NCBI GenBank assembly: GCA_951406725.2
Contig: OX597817.1
Location: 74,896,001 to 74,960,000 of the forward strand
From: Octopus vulgaris
Taxonomy: Eukaryota
DNA: 64,000 nt
Direction: 5' to 3'
How positions within the stretch are numbered: the stretch's first letter is position 1; each line of letters starts with the position of its first letter. The position numbers and the translations under genes are program-made. Shown piece by piece: positions 14,580-28,900 of the stretch. The notes under the pieces were generated by a model that worked only from the letters and a program-made list of their open reading frames with translations, was not told where the DNA came from and did not search any database.

Positions 14580-15382
14580 TATGTAGCTCATCAGGAATCA
14601 CTGCTGAGATGCTTAAAATATCTGGCAGAGTGAGATATGGCCTAGTCACCTGTATAATTAATTAGGTTGTCCACAAAGGAATCATACCCAATGACTGGTG
14701 TAGCAGCATTATAGTCAACTGCTACAGAAATAATTACAGAGGGATCATATTGCTGGACCAGTTGATGAAAGTTACAGAAAGGATCATAGCTCAATTAATC
14801 AGAAAGAGAGTTAGCCTAGATGAGATATAGTTTGGTTTTGTGTCAGGAAAAAACATCAGATGTAATGTGCAAGAGAGAGGACATCTGTAGTAAGAAGTGC
14901 TGATCTCTAATTGTGGAGAGAACATGTGAAAGGGGTAGACCCAGAGAAACATAGGAGGGAGTGGTGAGAAAGGATTTTCAGATATTGGGCTTCACAGAGA
15001 AGATGACAAGGGACTGAAACTTCTGGTGGCTTATTGTGCTTGAAAAGACATGCTGAGCTAAGTAAAATTGTGGTTGTCCATGCATACAGACATGTCCCCT
15101 ACATTCCTGTCTCAACCAAGAGATCGTAGTCTTGTGGGCCTGTGGGGGCTGAAGCCACACAAAAGTACTTGTGCCAGTGCTACATAAAAGCACCAATGCT
15201 GGTGCCATGTAAATCTACCCAGTTCACTCTATAAAGTGGTTGGCATTAAGAGGGACATTCAGATATAGAAACCATGCCAAAACAGACAAATAGAGCCCAA
15301 GTAGCTCTTCAGCCAGCCAACTCCTGTCACATTGGCCAACCTAAGTCAGCATGGAGAACAAACATTAAAAGATGATGATGAT
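14580..15382 (+). mobile_element. Internally deleted RTE LINE fragment
   Basis: SGITAEMLK, IPNDWCSSIIVNCY and GRPR fragments homologous to the 35-38 kb RTE; (GAT)n tail at ~15371. Confidence 0.75.
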
Positions 15383-17576
15383 ATCTGTGAATATGAGTGT
15401 ATGTTTGTGTTTCTTTGTCTTCACATTCCATACTGGTTGTAAACAAGTTTTGCTGTCATACAAGCAGTGTCATTCATTTCCAATATTCTGCAAAATCACG
15501 TTTGGCCACAGGGAAATATTACCTCACTAGGAAACAGGTGAGGGTTGGCAACTGGAAAGGCATCTAGTTGTGGAACATCGACCTCAATAAACCACATCTA
15601 GGCTATGCTTAGCATAGATTGGACATTAAAATAATAATGCTATAACCTACTTCCTAGTCATTGAAGCATCAAAGCCTGACTCAATTTGAGCCCTCACTGT
15701 TTGTTTTTACTGTTTTGTTCTCACTGTCCTGTTCTTGTTACAACTTTCACCCTCCGCAAAAAATCCCAAATTTTATTTAATTTGCTTTGCGGGAAGGACT
15801 GTTTCAACGAAGTCACGTCTTGTCCTTGCCTTCAAAACGTGGAGTAGCTGAAACAGGAACAACTGAAGAAGGAGAATATTCTTTTTGTTGTATGTCTCGT
15901 TTCTCTGTTTGTTTTTTTTGTTGTTTGAAAAAAAGATTGTTTCTATGTTTTTGTTTTTATGCTTTCATTTCTCATTATGTTCAAGATTTTTTTCATGTCC
16001 TGTATGCATGTATATATATATATATATATGTAGGTATGTACATATATGTATGTATATATATACATATATTTATATATTATATGATCAAATCCCACGCATT
16101 CTTTTCCAAGTAAGTGTATATATATATATATATACACACAGAGACATATGCATATATATCTATACATATATAAATATATATATATATACATATAAATCTA
16201 TATGTACATATATACATATAAATCTATATGTACATATATACATATAAATCTATATATGTACATATATACATATAAATCTCTATATATATACTTCTATGCA
16301 CATATATCTCTCTCTATATATACATACATATGTTTATACATATATACACATGCACACTTCACACAAGGATGCATATGGACACACACATCCATACATAGTC
16401 ACACAAATCCATACACAGACACTCAAACATGCACACACAAGGAGACTGAGGTACACACACAAATACACACACATAAAAACATACGTGTATGCACACAAAC
16501 AAACAAACAAACAAAAAAACACAGTTTTGATAACAGAGGGAGTCAATGACTATTAAAAAGGTTGCAAGACAATGTGAATTTTAGTGAAAATAAGTAGGTA
16601 AATGAGTGGAAATCAGTGAGTGTGTTAAATTAATAAGGCACTAAAAGAGAATGACTCTCCCCAGACACAATAAAATATGCTTCAATACACGAATTCACAT
16701 AAAGGATCTTGCAAACCAACTACAAAAATGAAACTAAAATTTGTTTGAAAGGAAATTATTCATTAGTTGTTTCCATATTTGGAATGATGTTTTGCTAGTT
16801 TATTAAAACTTGATTTGGTTATTTGGTTATCTCATAAACCAACTTGATTTAGTTTTTGTGGGTTTAACAGAATGTTTTATTTTGTGTAGAACAGCTCCTT
16901 TTGGTTATCTGTGGAGCAAGCTTAAATTTATTATTTGCACATATTAAACATGCGAGATAGTTATCAAATCAAATATTGAAGATTCTAATGCAATATGTTA
17001 CAACAAATGCATCAAATGGTATTTATCAATGTTTGTTCATCATTTGATATAGTTTGCAAATCATTAGATGTCTTTTCCCCCCTCTTTCTCTTGTTTCTGT
17101 TCTCCATTGATTTTTCGCATTCCAGGATTGGTGGAATAGATTTTGAAAATATAAATATTTGAGGAAGTGATTTTTTTTTTTTTTTCATAGCTGGCTTCTT
17201 TTCCCAATGCTAACCACACAGTAGGAATGGAATCTATTGTTAGCTAAGCAGAATAAAATGCTACAACCTTTGGCTACAACAAAATGGGTGTAGCAGTTCT
17301 CAAATTCTCGAACTAATATCCATCACTTTGTCTGAGTTTGACCGATTCTCTGATACACACTTCATGTTTTGAAGTAATCTAAATTAAAACCTTACATCAA
17401 AATTTTATGTTTATTTGTCCCAAACACCAGCTTAAAAATGACTAAGTTATTTTACTAAATTCTTTGTTATCTTCAATATTAATTGAAACAAAAACATTGT
17501 CTTTCAATATAAGAATGGCAACAAAAGGATTTAAATTTTCTGTAGAATGATGCTGTATATGTGTGTGTGTGTGTTT

Positions 17577-17729
17577 ATATAAGAATTATTTGCGTAATAA
17601 GATAAAAATCCAAGGCTGTATAGATATTAGAGCATTTATAGATAGAAGGTCTGAGACCTTCTATCTATAAATGCTCTAATATCTATACAGCCTTGATTTT
17701 TATCTTATTACGCAAAAAATTCTTATATA
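17577..17729. repeat. Near-perfect 153-bp palindrome (1-nt loop at 17653)
   Basis: Arms of about 76 bp differ by one mismatch and one indel; flanked by TG/CA microsatellite. Confidence 0.9.
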
Positions 17730-20700
17730 CACACGCTGACATAGAACCAACGTTGAACCCTTTATTTGCAATATTACCGAATCTGAAACTTAACTATGGT
17801 CTGTCTATAGCACTTATTCAGCATTACCTGACACCTTTGGGTTTCAATGACACCATTATCTCTTTTATATATATATAAAAGACTTTTTTTAAAAATATTT
17901 TTATGTTCTCATGCTGCTGGTTAGTTGCATCGACTTAGTTCTTCACATTGATTATCTTCAGGTTTTTGTTTCAGCCCTCATATTTTCCCAGCCACATATT
18001 TTCCTTCTTCATTATTTGTGGTGCTTACCTGCAAGTTACTAGAGTTGAATTTTAGGAGAAAAAAAACAAAAAACAATCCATATTTTCATCTTTTCGTTGC
18101 CCCTACCCACCCCAACCTCCCTGCCTCTCTCCATTGTCTTTGTTTTCCCCTTCCTCTCCCCTCTCATTGGTCATAAAAACACCGAAATTACAAAGCATCT
18201 TTGTAACTAAAATCATTTTGATTTTATGAAAGCGTTTTTAATTGAACAAATTATTTTTTATTTTTTATTCTATTTTGTTGAATCACATAATTTCTAAATT
18301 GTTAACATTCATCCTGTATTTGCTGCTTGTGTTGTTAGTCAGCATTTTGACCTATTTTTAGCAGGAATTAGGGTGGAGCACAATTTTCTGCTTTCATTGG
18401 AAATTGTAAAACAATCTGGTTTGTTTGATAACATCTTAATGTAACACATAAATTAAATAATCACATTAGACTAAAACTAAATTAAATGTACTACAATGTT
18501 GGAATACAAAAAGTTAGTTTGCTTATTTGTTTTTAAAATTTTCATTATAGGTCAATCATGTCTTGGGAGATTTCCTTGCAAATACCAGCCTATAATTGGT
18601 AACATTAACTTAATAGGATGGTCTTTAAAAGACTTTTAATTTTATCACCATTATCACCATTTAACGTCTACTTTCCCATGCTTGCATGGGTCAGTCAGAA
18701 TTTTTGAGGCTGATTTCCCCTTGTCCAAACATATTTTTCATGGTAGATTAGAAATGAGCAACTTCACTTGTGTGATGATGATAATGCTCATTTGCAACTG
18801 TTGCATGATGTCTGGACAAGGGTACACACAAACTTATACTCTACGACATCCACTTACCAGGCTCCAGACACTTGCACAAGGTGCCATGCAGTGGGACTGA
18901 ACTCAAAACCACATGGCTGGGAAGCAAGCTTCTTAAACATGCAGCCACACCTGCACCTTTAATATAGTATTTTATTCCTCATATTGATGAGTCCTTGCTA
19001 ATTAATAGAGGAGTTGGGGGAGGAGAATCAGCCGAATCATCCACCAATATATAACTGTAGAGGAACAAAAAGCAAAAATATTTTGTTGAGATTTGAATTC
19101 TAAAGAATGTGGGGAGATAAAACTTGGTGGAATTTAGTAGATGGAAACTGTGAGGAAGCCTGTTGTATATACAAATGTGTGTTTATGTGTTTGACACAAC
19201 ACTGTCAGTTAAAAGAAAGAAAGGTGTATTGGCAGACAATTAACTTAGCCAACCAATAAAATATAACTTCCCTAGAATAAGTACTGGGGTGCAACAGGAT
19301 TGACTAAAAAGAAAGAAAAAAAAGCCTTTGAAGGCGGTGATACTTGAGCATGGCCAAGTCCTACTGACTGAAACCACTAAAAAATTAAAGGAATGCTCTA
19401 CTATTTCTACCATTCTTACACCCATCTCCTTTTCTTTCACATTCATGAGTTCCAGATGCTTGGATCAAGTCAAATTTCAACTATAAAACTAGCACAGAAC
19501 TGGACCATTTTAACCCTTAAAGATGACAGGGCCAATCTATTGGTCGAAAAGTCAAATGACAAAGAAGATTATATTAGTTCATTCAGTTTCCTTCAAGAGT
19601 ATATATAGTTTTATATATGTAAAGTAATTACTTTATTTTTTTTCTAAATAAGTGCATGCCCTCTGTAGGGTTTGTGAAAAGGGGTCCATCTTCTTGGCAC
19701 TGAAATTCCAAATGAGGCTCCATCTCCAAAGTCTAGCATTTAAATGGTATTACTGATTTGCTCATTGAAAATATAATCGAGATTCACCTGTATTTGTGAA
19801 TTTTTCAGGTGTGGTTGCTAGGAACTTATAACCAATACATTATCTGTTGTTCAATGATTTGATGTTTTCTTAAATGAGAAATTTAATTAGCTGCAATTAT
19901 CATTGTTGTTAGAGCAACAAGCTGGCAGAATCTTATAAGAGTGTCTGACAAAATGCCTTGTAGAATTTCTTCTGGGTTTTTATATATTGAGTTCAGTCCC
20001 CACTGAGGTCAACTTTGCTTTCCATCCCCCTCAATGTCAATGAGATAAAGTATTAGTCAAATACTTTCACCAATCTTATTGACTCCTCTCCTCCTCCACT
20101 CTACTGGTCTTATGCCTAGATTATAAACAATTATTATTATCAGAGTTGTAAACTGGCAGAATCATTAACGTGTTGGACAAAATGTTTAACATTTCTTTCA
20201 GCTCTTTTCATTCTTGAGTTCAGATTCCACAAAGGTCAATTTTGCCTTTCATCCTGTTGAGGTCAATAAAATAAAGTACCAATCAAACACTGAGGTCACT
20301 GTAATCAACCAACCCTTTCCAGCTAAAATTGCTGACCTTGGGTCAACATTTGAAACTATAATTATTAGTAGAAGTATTTGATGAGGAAGTTCTGTTGTAT
20401 TTATGATCCATGAGTTTTTGTTTTTTTTTTAATTTTCATTTTCTGCTTTAGAGTTTTTTTTTTCCTTCTCTTTTATAAATTAATATTATTATTATTTCTG
20501 TTGATAATTTTGTGCAAAAGCTAACCCACTGCATATCAGTGCAGTTTTAGTCATTGGAATTTTTTTGTACTCCATATTATACCAGATGAATGCCAGCCAA
20601 ACAGAGATGTTAGTGGGAGAGGGGGGGTGAGATAGAAAGAAGACGAAAGAGAACACATTTCAGTGAAAGAAAGAGAAGGTCAGTGTTCAGAATATCACCA

Positions 20701-21179
20701 GTTTATCTCTCTTAGAACTGGCAAAGGTGTTGCAGCCATAGCAACAGAAATTATTAATATAACAGCTAAAGCTGCTGTGACTACTATATTGATGCACCAC
20801 ATCCTGCAGAGAAAAATTAAACAATCATTTGCTGCAAAAGAACAGAAAGAACAAGGATAGCAACAACGACAAAAACTGACAATAACAACTGTAACAAGAT
20901 CAAAACAATAAAGAAGAACATATCTTTTGGTTGTGACCTGAACCAGTGGACAATGCACACATTAGAAGAAAAATGAAATGGAAGTGGTTGTAGAGATAAT
21001 TTTAGGGGTGGGTTTGCACAAGTTCATGTGTCTTCAATTGTATCATTGATTATAATAGCCAACCTGTTGGTAAGCATCTTTGCCAAAATCTTCAATTACG
21101 TGTTTAGTAGAATTGTGGGCCAGATTTTTTATTACATCCTACTCTCCTTGCTTGAGTCTTTTTCCAATAGCAAGGAGAG

Positions 21180-21920
21180 ACTTTGAACAAAGCGGTCGTT
21201 GGCATCTTCACCATCTCGTCTGGCAGCTTGTTCCACGGATCCGCAACCCGGACGGAGAAAGCTCCTCTCCTTCGATTGAGATGAAATCGTCACAGGTAGA
21301 GCTTTTTGGAACGACCCTGCAGCCGACGCTCTGGAGCAGGAGTGAAGAACAGCTCTTTCGAGAGGTTACACTTTCCGCTTATGATGTTGTGAGCGAGAAT
21401 GAGATCACCACGGCGGCGGCGTTTTTCTAGAGAATATAGGTCGAGCGTCCTCAGCCTTTCTTCATAAGACAAATTTTTGAGACCATGAACCATGTGGGTA
21501 GCCAGCTTCTGGACTCTTTCGAGATGCTGTATGTCTTTGAGGAGATATGGTGAAGAGGCTTGAATCCCGTACTCCAATATGGGTCTCACCAGCGAGACAT
21601 AGAGTGGTAGGAATATGGCTGCTGTGAGCATTCCGAATGACCGTCGAATCAAGAACAGAATTCCGCATGCTTTGTTGGCAGCATGGACGCACTGGGCCGA
21701 AGGCGAAAAGGAGGAATCCACCAAGATACCCAGGTCCTTTACCTGATCGGTCCTCTCCAGCAGCAGACGACCCGGCTCGAAATCAAGTTGAGTTGCAGGA
21801 GGAGAGCCAACAGGCAGATGACCGCAAACCATTAACTTGGACTTGGAAGGAGCGATCTGAGAGGAAGGCACCAACCCATCATACAATATCCGGATGGAAA
21901 CTATATGCTTGAAGCTTAAC
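21180..21920 (-). mobile_element. CR1-group LINE 3' fragment
   Basis: ORF 21290..21922: VKDLGILVDS..LYVSLVRPILEY..LERVQKLAT..LSYEERL..LEKRRRRGDLI, the typical post-RT CR1 region. Confidence 0.85.
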
Positions 21921-22872
21921 AAGTAATGTTAAATTCACTTCAACCATTTTGATACCTGCTTGTCTGAGACCACACCTGGCTCTTGTTTTAAAGTGATCTT
22001 AAATGAAAATCTTCCATCAAAATTTTTTGCATTAATTTGTTCCAGGCGCCAACTTAATGGCAAAATTATTTTACTAAATTCTTCGTTATTTTTGAAACAA
22101 AGATAGTGTATTTCAACAGAAGTATTGATAACAAACGGTTTTAATTTATTTCATGAGTTGTAGTTAAACTTTGCCACTGACCAGGCTGCAGTTGTATGAT
22201 GAAAATTTTGACACCTCATGAAATTTAAAGTGAATTTTATTAGCTTTGTGTGCTACTCAATGGCCAGAATGGCTCTTCCACAATGCACTTTAATTATGTG
22301 CACTCTATGAAACGTTATGTATCTAAAATATATCTCTACCTTTTTTTTTTTTTTTGTGAAATTATCTTTTGTTAAATAAACTTTAGTGTAGCATTAATAT
22401 TCTTTAACACTGTCCGTATCACAGATGCATATAAGCATCTATGAGATTTTATGGCTGTCTTTGAGCAACGGATATATGCACCACTGAGATTTCATAGTTA
22501 TAGATAAGACATTAATATTTGTCTTTGGTACAGATAGTGTTAATGAGTTTTCTCAGCCAGTACCACCACCACCTCTTTAAATGTTACTACCATCTGTTTA
22601 AGTCAATCAACTGGCAAGGTTTTAAAAAGAAACATAGGTTTCAAAGTCTGTAAAGACTTTCTAATCCCCACTTCTGTGGATTAGAATTATTCTAGACATG
22701 TGTTAATTTCTGTTGACTTATTTGCTTTTGAAAAATTTACTCGATGTATGTGTATTTGTGTGTTTTCTAAAGAAAGTAGATTATAAAATAGATACTTTCC
22801 CTTCAAGTTTTATTAACATTTCAAGTTATTCTGTTTGCTCATATACATCCTTGCTTTTGTTTCTTTTTAAAG

Positions 22873-22984
22873 AACGCCTTCAGTCTGTTAGCTTATGCAG
22901 ACCCTTGGAACAGTCCTGTTGGCTATCAACTAAATCCAGTACAAAGGGAACCTGTATGTGCAGCACTTAATAGTGCTATCTTAG
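22873..22984 (+). CDS. RANBP9: RanBP9/10 exon: CRA domain (missed by the ORF track)
   Basis: Polypyrimidine tract plus AG, GTAATT donor. [37 protein letters not shown] is the conserved CRA motif. 112 nt, phases 0/1. Confidence 0.93.
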
Positions 22985-24298
22985 GTAATTTATTTTTTAT
23001 TGTTGTTGCTGTCATTGCATCATTTTATACAAACAGAATAACCAGTAAAAAAAGAAATTTATTATACTGTTTTTATAAGCATTATTATTTTTAAGTTCAA
23101 ATAACAATAGAAGTATCACACAGTTATTTCTGGGCTAATGATGACCAGATACCAGAACCAAACACAGTCTTCTAAATTAGACTTCTTCATTAACAAAAAG
23201 TAATTAAGAACCATACAGTATATATTGTTAAATCCAAAATGATAGAAAGAAATCAAAACTTTTCTTTTATTCACAAAATATGCCAACTTCAGATTTTTTT
23301 TTTTTTTTTCAATTTTTAAAAAATTATAATTGAAAACAAAAATGTGTACAAATGAAGACATGGCAGGCTTTTTCAGTTTCTATCTACCAAATTCATTCAC
23401 AATGTTTTGGTCATTTTGAAGCTATAATAGATGCTTACTCAAAGTGTTATGCAATGAAACTGAACCTGAAACCATGTGCTTGGGAAGCAAGCTTCTTGAC
23501 CTCACAGCTGTGGTTGTACCTGTAAACAGACATAAAACAAATTAATGGTAATGTTCAGCTAAATGGCAGAGAAAGCTTTTTCAAATTATCCTTTATGTAC
23601 ACAAGCACGAAATTGTGTCAAGACAAATGGCATACCTTGTTTTGAAGTCATATGTACTTAGAATTACAAATACTGTAACCAAGTAATTATTTAGGTAACT
23701 CTTTTCAACTGACTGAGGCTAGTTGAATTAAGCACATATTGTGCCACTGGCAAAGCTTGATATTGTGTTACTCAGAGTGCAGCAAAAAAAACCTCCTAGA
23801 TTCATTATTCTTGATAAATATTTCAACAGAAAACAGACAGCTACAAGAAGATGCCATTACCACCTGCCTTAACTTCACTAATGGCTGGATGTGACAGAAA
23901 AACATATGAGAGTATTTTTCTGCTGCACCTTAGGCTTAGAATTAGATCTCTTGTGAGACCTAGGACTGGAGCTTAGTTTCCATGGCCTGTAAATGAGATT
24001 ACAACAGTCACCCTTAAATGGGACACTGGCCTGTCATAAGGTTAACTTCCTACCAATAACTGTAACTCATTTACAATGGAGTAAACTAAAGCAATGTGAA
24101 GTGAAACATTTTGCTCAAAAACACAATGCACCACCCAGTCCAGGATTCAAAATAATGGTCTTACAATCATGAGTGCAACACCCTATCCATTAGGTCATGC
24201 TCCTTTACACCCTATATTTAGTCCTAAAAAAAATAACCACTCACTGTCTGTTATTATTACTGTCTCTAATCTTGAATTATTTTTTCTTCTCTTTTTAG

Positions 24299-24429
24299 AA
24301 TCATATGGACTTCCAAGACAACCCCCACTTGAAGTGGCTATTGGTCAAGCCACAGAATGCATGAAGCTAATGTCAAAAGCTGGTGTAGGTTCTTGTGCAT
24401 TTGCTGGCATTCAGGACTACCTACACTGA
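24299..24429 (+). CDS. RANBP9: RanBP9/10 last coding exon
   Basis: ttttAG acceptor. [43 protein letters not shown]-stop matches the RanBP9/10 C-terminus (..SCAFA..DYLH). Confidence 0.93.
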
Positions 24430-25952
24430 TAGTTAATGATTAAACTTTAAAAAATCATGCCTCCTTGTATTTTTCCCCTTGCCTAGGGAATAGATAAGGA
24501 CCTTCATGCTGGGCTCAGCAACAATGGACTGGGAGATGAGACTAAGTGTATATTTTATAGTTGCATGCTTGAATGAGTTTGACTTCATCAAACATTGATT
24601 GTGTAAAAATTGATTGAACGATCACTGTCATTGTACTCAAGTGAATTTTAGATTACTTCTCAAACGACTGTCATACTGCATGTGTACGCTAAGTCACTAA
24701 GTGGAATAAATCTGTTATTAGTTGTACGATGTTGTGTGTGACAGTGAATGGTTGGATGTCTCCACTGTTGCTGGAGCTCTTAAAAAGGCCACTGGGAAGG
24801 ACTCCTGCCAATCACCATCCTTTCAGTGGCCACTGAAATATTACTGTTGTGTATTGAGCTAAAGGTTTGTGCCAGCATTGGAGGAAAGAGATCAACACCT
24901 ACAGCTCTTAAGGAAGCATACCATTGAAACTTTTTTTTTTCCTTTTCTTTTCTGAATTTTCAATGTAAGCATGTCCTTTGTTCTGTTGTGTGTGGAGATG
25001 GAATAGCCACCAAACATTGTCATCAGTGGGTTTTATTTCTTATTTATTTATCAATTTTTTTTTTATTTTATTTTTTTTTTTTTTTTGCTAGTGAGGTAGC
25101 TTTTAATTTATTACATTGTATACACCCTTAATTCTACATATTCTCTTGCTATCATTTAATCCTTCCTCTGATTTTCAATTTTTTAAAAACATACTTTTAA
25201 AATCCCTTACTAAAAAAATTTACTCTTGTGTTAGCTGCATTTTAAATATGAAAGAATATTGCCTTGGATAATCAAATACAGTCAAGTGATACCTGTTTTG
25301 ATTTGCATTGAAATGTGCTTTTCCAAGTTTTTCCACTGATAATATATACATATGTATACATATGTGTGTATATATATATATGTATACATATATATATATA
25401 TATACATATGTGTATATATGTATACATATATATATACATATATGTATAGATGTATATATATATATTCATATGTGTATATATGTTTGTGTGTAAGTATATA
25501 TATGTATATATGTGTGTACATATGTGTATGTATGTTTTTTATATATATATCAGGTGGTGCTATTAAGTTAGACATGGCCTGGGCCAATAATGGCCGAAAC
25601 CTATCAAAGTATATACATATGTACATATATATATATACATACATATGTATGTATATATATGTGTAAGTATATGTATATATACACACACATGCACACACAA
25701 ATACATGTACTATTTTGCATCTCAACATAAGCTACCATTACCCCTTCTTTCAATTCAATTCATCAATAAATCTGTTTATTTTATTCTCATTTTTTAAATA
25801 TCTTAACAAGCCCTATTTCTTCTCACTAAAATAACATTATTTTAATTAATTTCAAAGTTGATGATTTGGTAGTACATCCATTTTGTTCTTTTCTGCTGCA
25901 CCCAACTAATTTACTTTATCTGTTCAGTTTAATAATCCTCCCTAAGTTATAA

Positions 25953-25992
<40 letters not shown>

Positions 25993-28900
25993 GATGTTTT
26001 TAAGGAATATTAAGTGACTTTGAAGATATTCTGTTGTGTCTCTAATAATAAAGTCTCTAATCTGATGATGATAATAATAATAATAATAATAATCTCCACA
26101 AAATATGTTTGTATTAGAGCAAAAAAAAAAAAGAGATAATGTTTAATTAATGAAAATTCTTGAATACCTTCATCAGGCTAGACAGAGGGGAATGGGGTTT
26201 GAAGAGTTATGAGAATTTTAGCTAGATCATTATCAAAGCAATGGAAGCTTTTCATGTCTTGAAACATTAACTATATATATACATACATGTTTGTGCATGT
26301 GTATATATATATATGTATATAAAGGCTTATTTTTACGTCAAGTTATACGTAAAAACAATTTAACATTAAACTGAAGGATTACTCAATACTTTTTAGTAGG
26401 GTACATATATATGCATGTGTGTGTGTGTATAAATAATATATATATATATAAAGTTGGTTGCCAAAACTAAGATAAAGCTAATCTAGATAGGTGATGACTT
26501 ACCAAGCTGTTTTCATAGGATTTTCTAAGTATATATTCTTCCATCTGTTCCCGTTTCTACGTTTATTTGTTTTTTAATTATTTTTTTTTTACTGTCTCAA
26601 ACTTTTTTTGTTTCATATCAGTTTTCTGTTTTTACATAAATAGATTTAAAATGTTAAGAATTATATTAAATTTTATTTTTACAACATAGGTCTAGGGTCA
26701 GTAAAATGATGCTGTTCTACCTCTTTTTTTTTGTTTTTTGAAAAAAAATTCATAAGAGATGATTAACCAATCTAATGATAGTAGTTTAAAATTAAAACAT
26801 TTACATTCTACCAAATCTTTCTTATTTTTAAAATTTTAATTGTTTTTGGTTATTTTTTAATATAGTAAGCATTAGTGAAATTTTAAATTTCATTATAAGT
26901 TTTTTTGATTTTTTTTTTTCTTTGAGTGGCTGAAATCTTAAGCTCAGATGAAGGTTTGCATCAATTGGTATGCACTGCTTTCAATGAAAATAAATAAAAG
27001 ACTAACAGACATGGTCCGACGTGTAGAATTGGTCTCCTGAGCAGTCTTTCAATGAAGTGCCTTCCAGACTGGCAGGTCTAAAACAACTGCATTTGCCAGC
27101 CATTGTTGTAGTCTCTGCAGCAGCCTGACAGAGAAGAAAATAAGGTGACATTTCCTTTGCTTTCTCTTCCAACTAGTTGCTCATGTCCTGCTAGTGCCCC
27201 TCAACTACAGAGCAGCAATATGTCACCTCACATTTTTTCCTCTCTTCTGACACTGTACCAAATAGTAGTGTTAGTGTCGCATCACTCACCGCCTCCTCCT
27301 CCTCCTTTTCCTCTCTCCCTCTGTCTCTCATACTCCCTCACTTGTTGCCCCTTCTCTTAATCTTTTATGTGATACTTATATGCAGCAGTGTTGTCTGTTT
27401 GTACTGGATAGAGCTGTAACAGCAGCACTTTCACATCGATCTACTACAACACTGTTGAGGGTGTGTTGTGTTATGTCACAGTTCTGGACAGTGTCGGTAA
27501 AATAGTGTCACTTTATAATTTCTGAGTCACAACACTGTACAGTATCAATACTGTGTTACTTTACATATGTGTGTCACAACAGTGTTAGTAAAGTAGCATG
27601 TTGCTTTATACTTTTGAGTCACAGACTCTGTACAAATGTTTGTAAAGTATTGGCTTAATACTTCATATTTCTGTCACAACACTGTTCATTCAGTATCAGT
27701 GCTGTGTTACTTCACGTATCTGTGTAACACAACAGTGTTAGTAAAGTAGCATGTTACTTTACATTTTTGAGTCACAGACCCTGTACAACGTCTGTGAAGT
27801 ACTGGCTTCACATTTTCTGTATCACAACACTGTACTGCTGTACAGTATAAATTCTATGTCATAACACTGTACAGTGCAAATGTGGCAAGTCTTATAATCT
27901 TGTCCTGTAACACTGTACAAATTATAGCCATGTGTTGCTCAACCTTTCTGTTCCAACATTGTACAGTGTAATTAGGTTTCCATTTTGCATTTTTTCTCCG
28001 TCTTTCTCCTGCTCTCCCTCCCTCCCTTCCTTCCCCTCCGTCTCTGTGGCACGAAAATCTGTGTCACAACACCATGCAGGTACAGGTGTGCTACAGTCTC
28101 ACTTCCTTATTCTAGTGACACTGTATGAAACCAACAAAGAAACAATGTGTTACTACTTCGCTTTTGAATGTCACACAACACATTGTACAGTAGTGGAGCA
28201 TCACGTTTTCATCACGTGGTAACTGTCGTGACGTGTGTTTCTTCTTCTGACACCAGTTGGGATGAACAGAAGAAGTCATATATATATATATGGCTTTTGA
28301 TGTTAGAAGCACCAAGTTGAAGACAGACAAGAGAAACAGGGGTCCCACTTAAAGGGCTTGACCCTACTGCTTCCTCCTCCCCCATCTCTCTTTCCCTCTC
28401 TGATTTCTTGATCTCCCCTTTTTAATCTACTTTCGACTCTGTTTCTTCCATATTTTTTCTTTAAAAAAAAACCAAAATGTCAAACAAAAAGCTCATTCTC
28501 TTCTTTCGTTCTACAGAGTGCCTGTTCGAAGTATGATCAATCATACAATCAACCGGCAAGCAATAGATGTATTGTTTAAGTCCCGGCAGTGGGCCTCATT
28601 TCTCTCTTTTTTTTTTTCTTTTCTGTCCTAAATCAGTGCTTATAATGTTTAATACCATAAAACAGTCAAGATGTGGGTTTGTGTATTCTTCTCTGATGCT
28701 TTACGGAGAAGCAGTAACATCTAATTTCTGTTTCTGTTCTTTGCTAATAATGTATGCAACACAGGTGAATGGTACTAGAACTTACTTCTATTTTGGGAGT
28801 GGGGAGGAATCAACCTCTCTCTTTCTCCTAAAATACATCTTACACTTCCAACTTCCCTCCCCACCTCCCAATCCTTCATAAACACTTTGTATGTACAAAG

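Noticed and set aside
15845-15892. CTGAAGA with a nearby GAAAC
   Set aside because: GAAA precedes the core and the stems do not close in any hammerhead topology.
27440-27970. CRISPR-like spacing of repeats
   Set aside because: Eukaryotic context, degenerate repeats, spacers homologous to each other, no cas genes.
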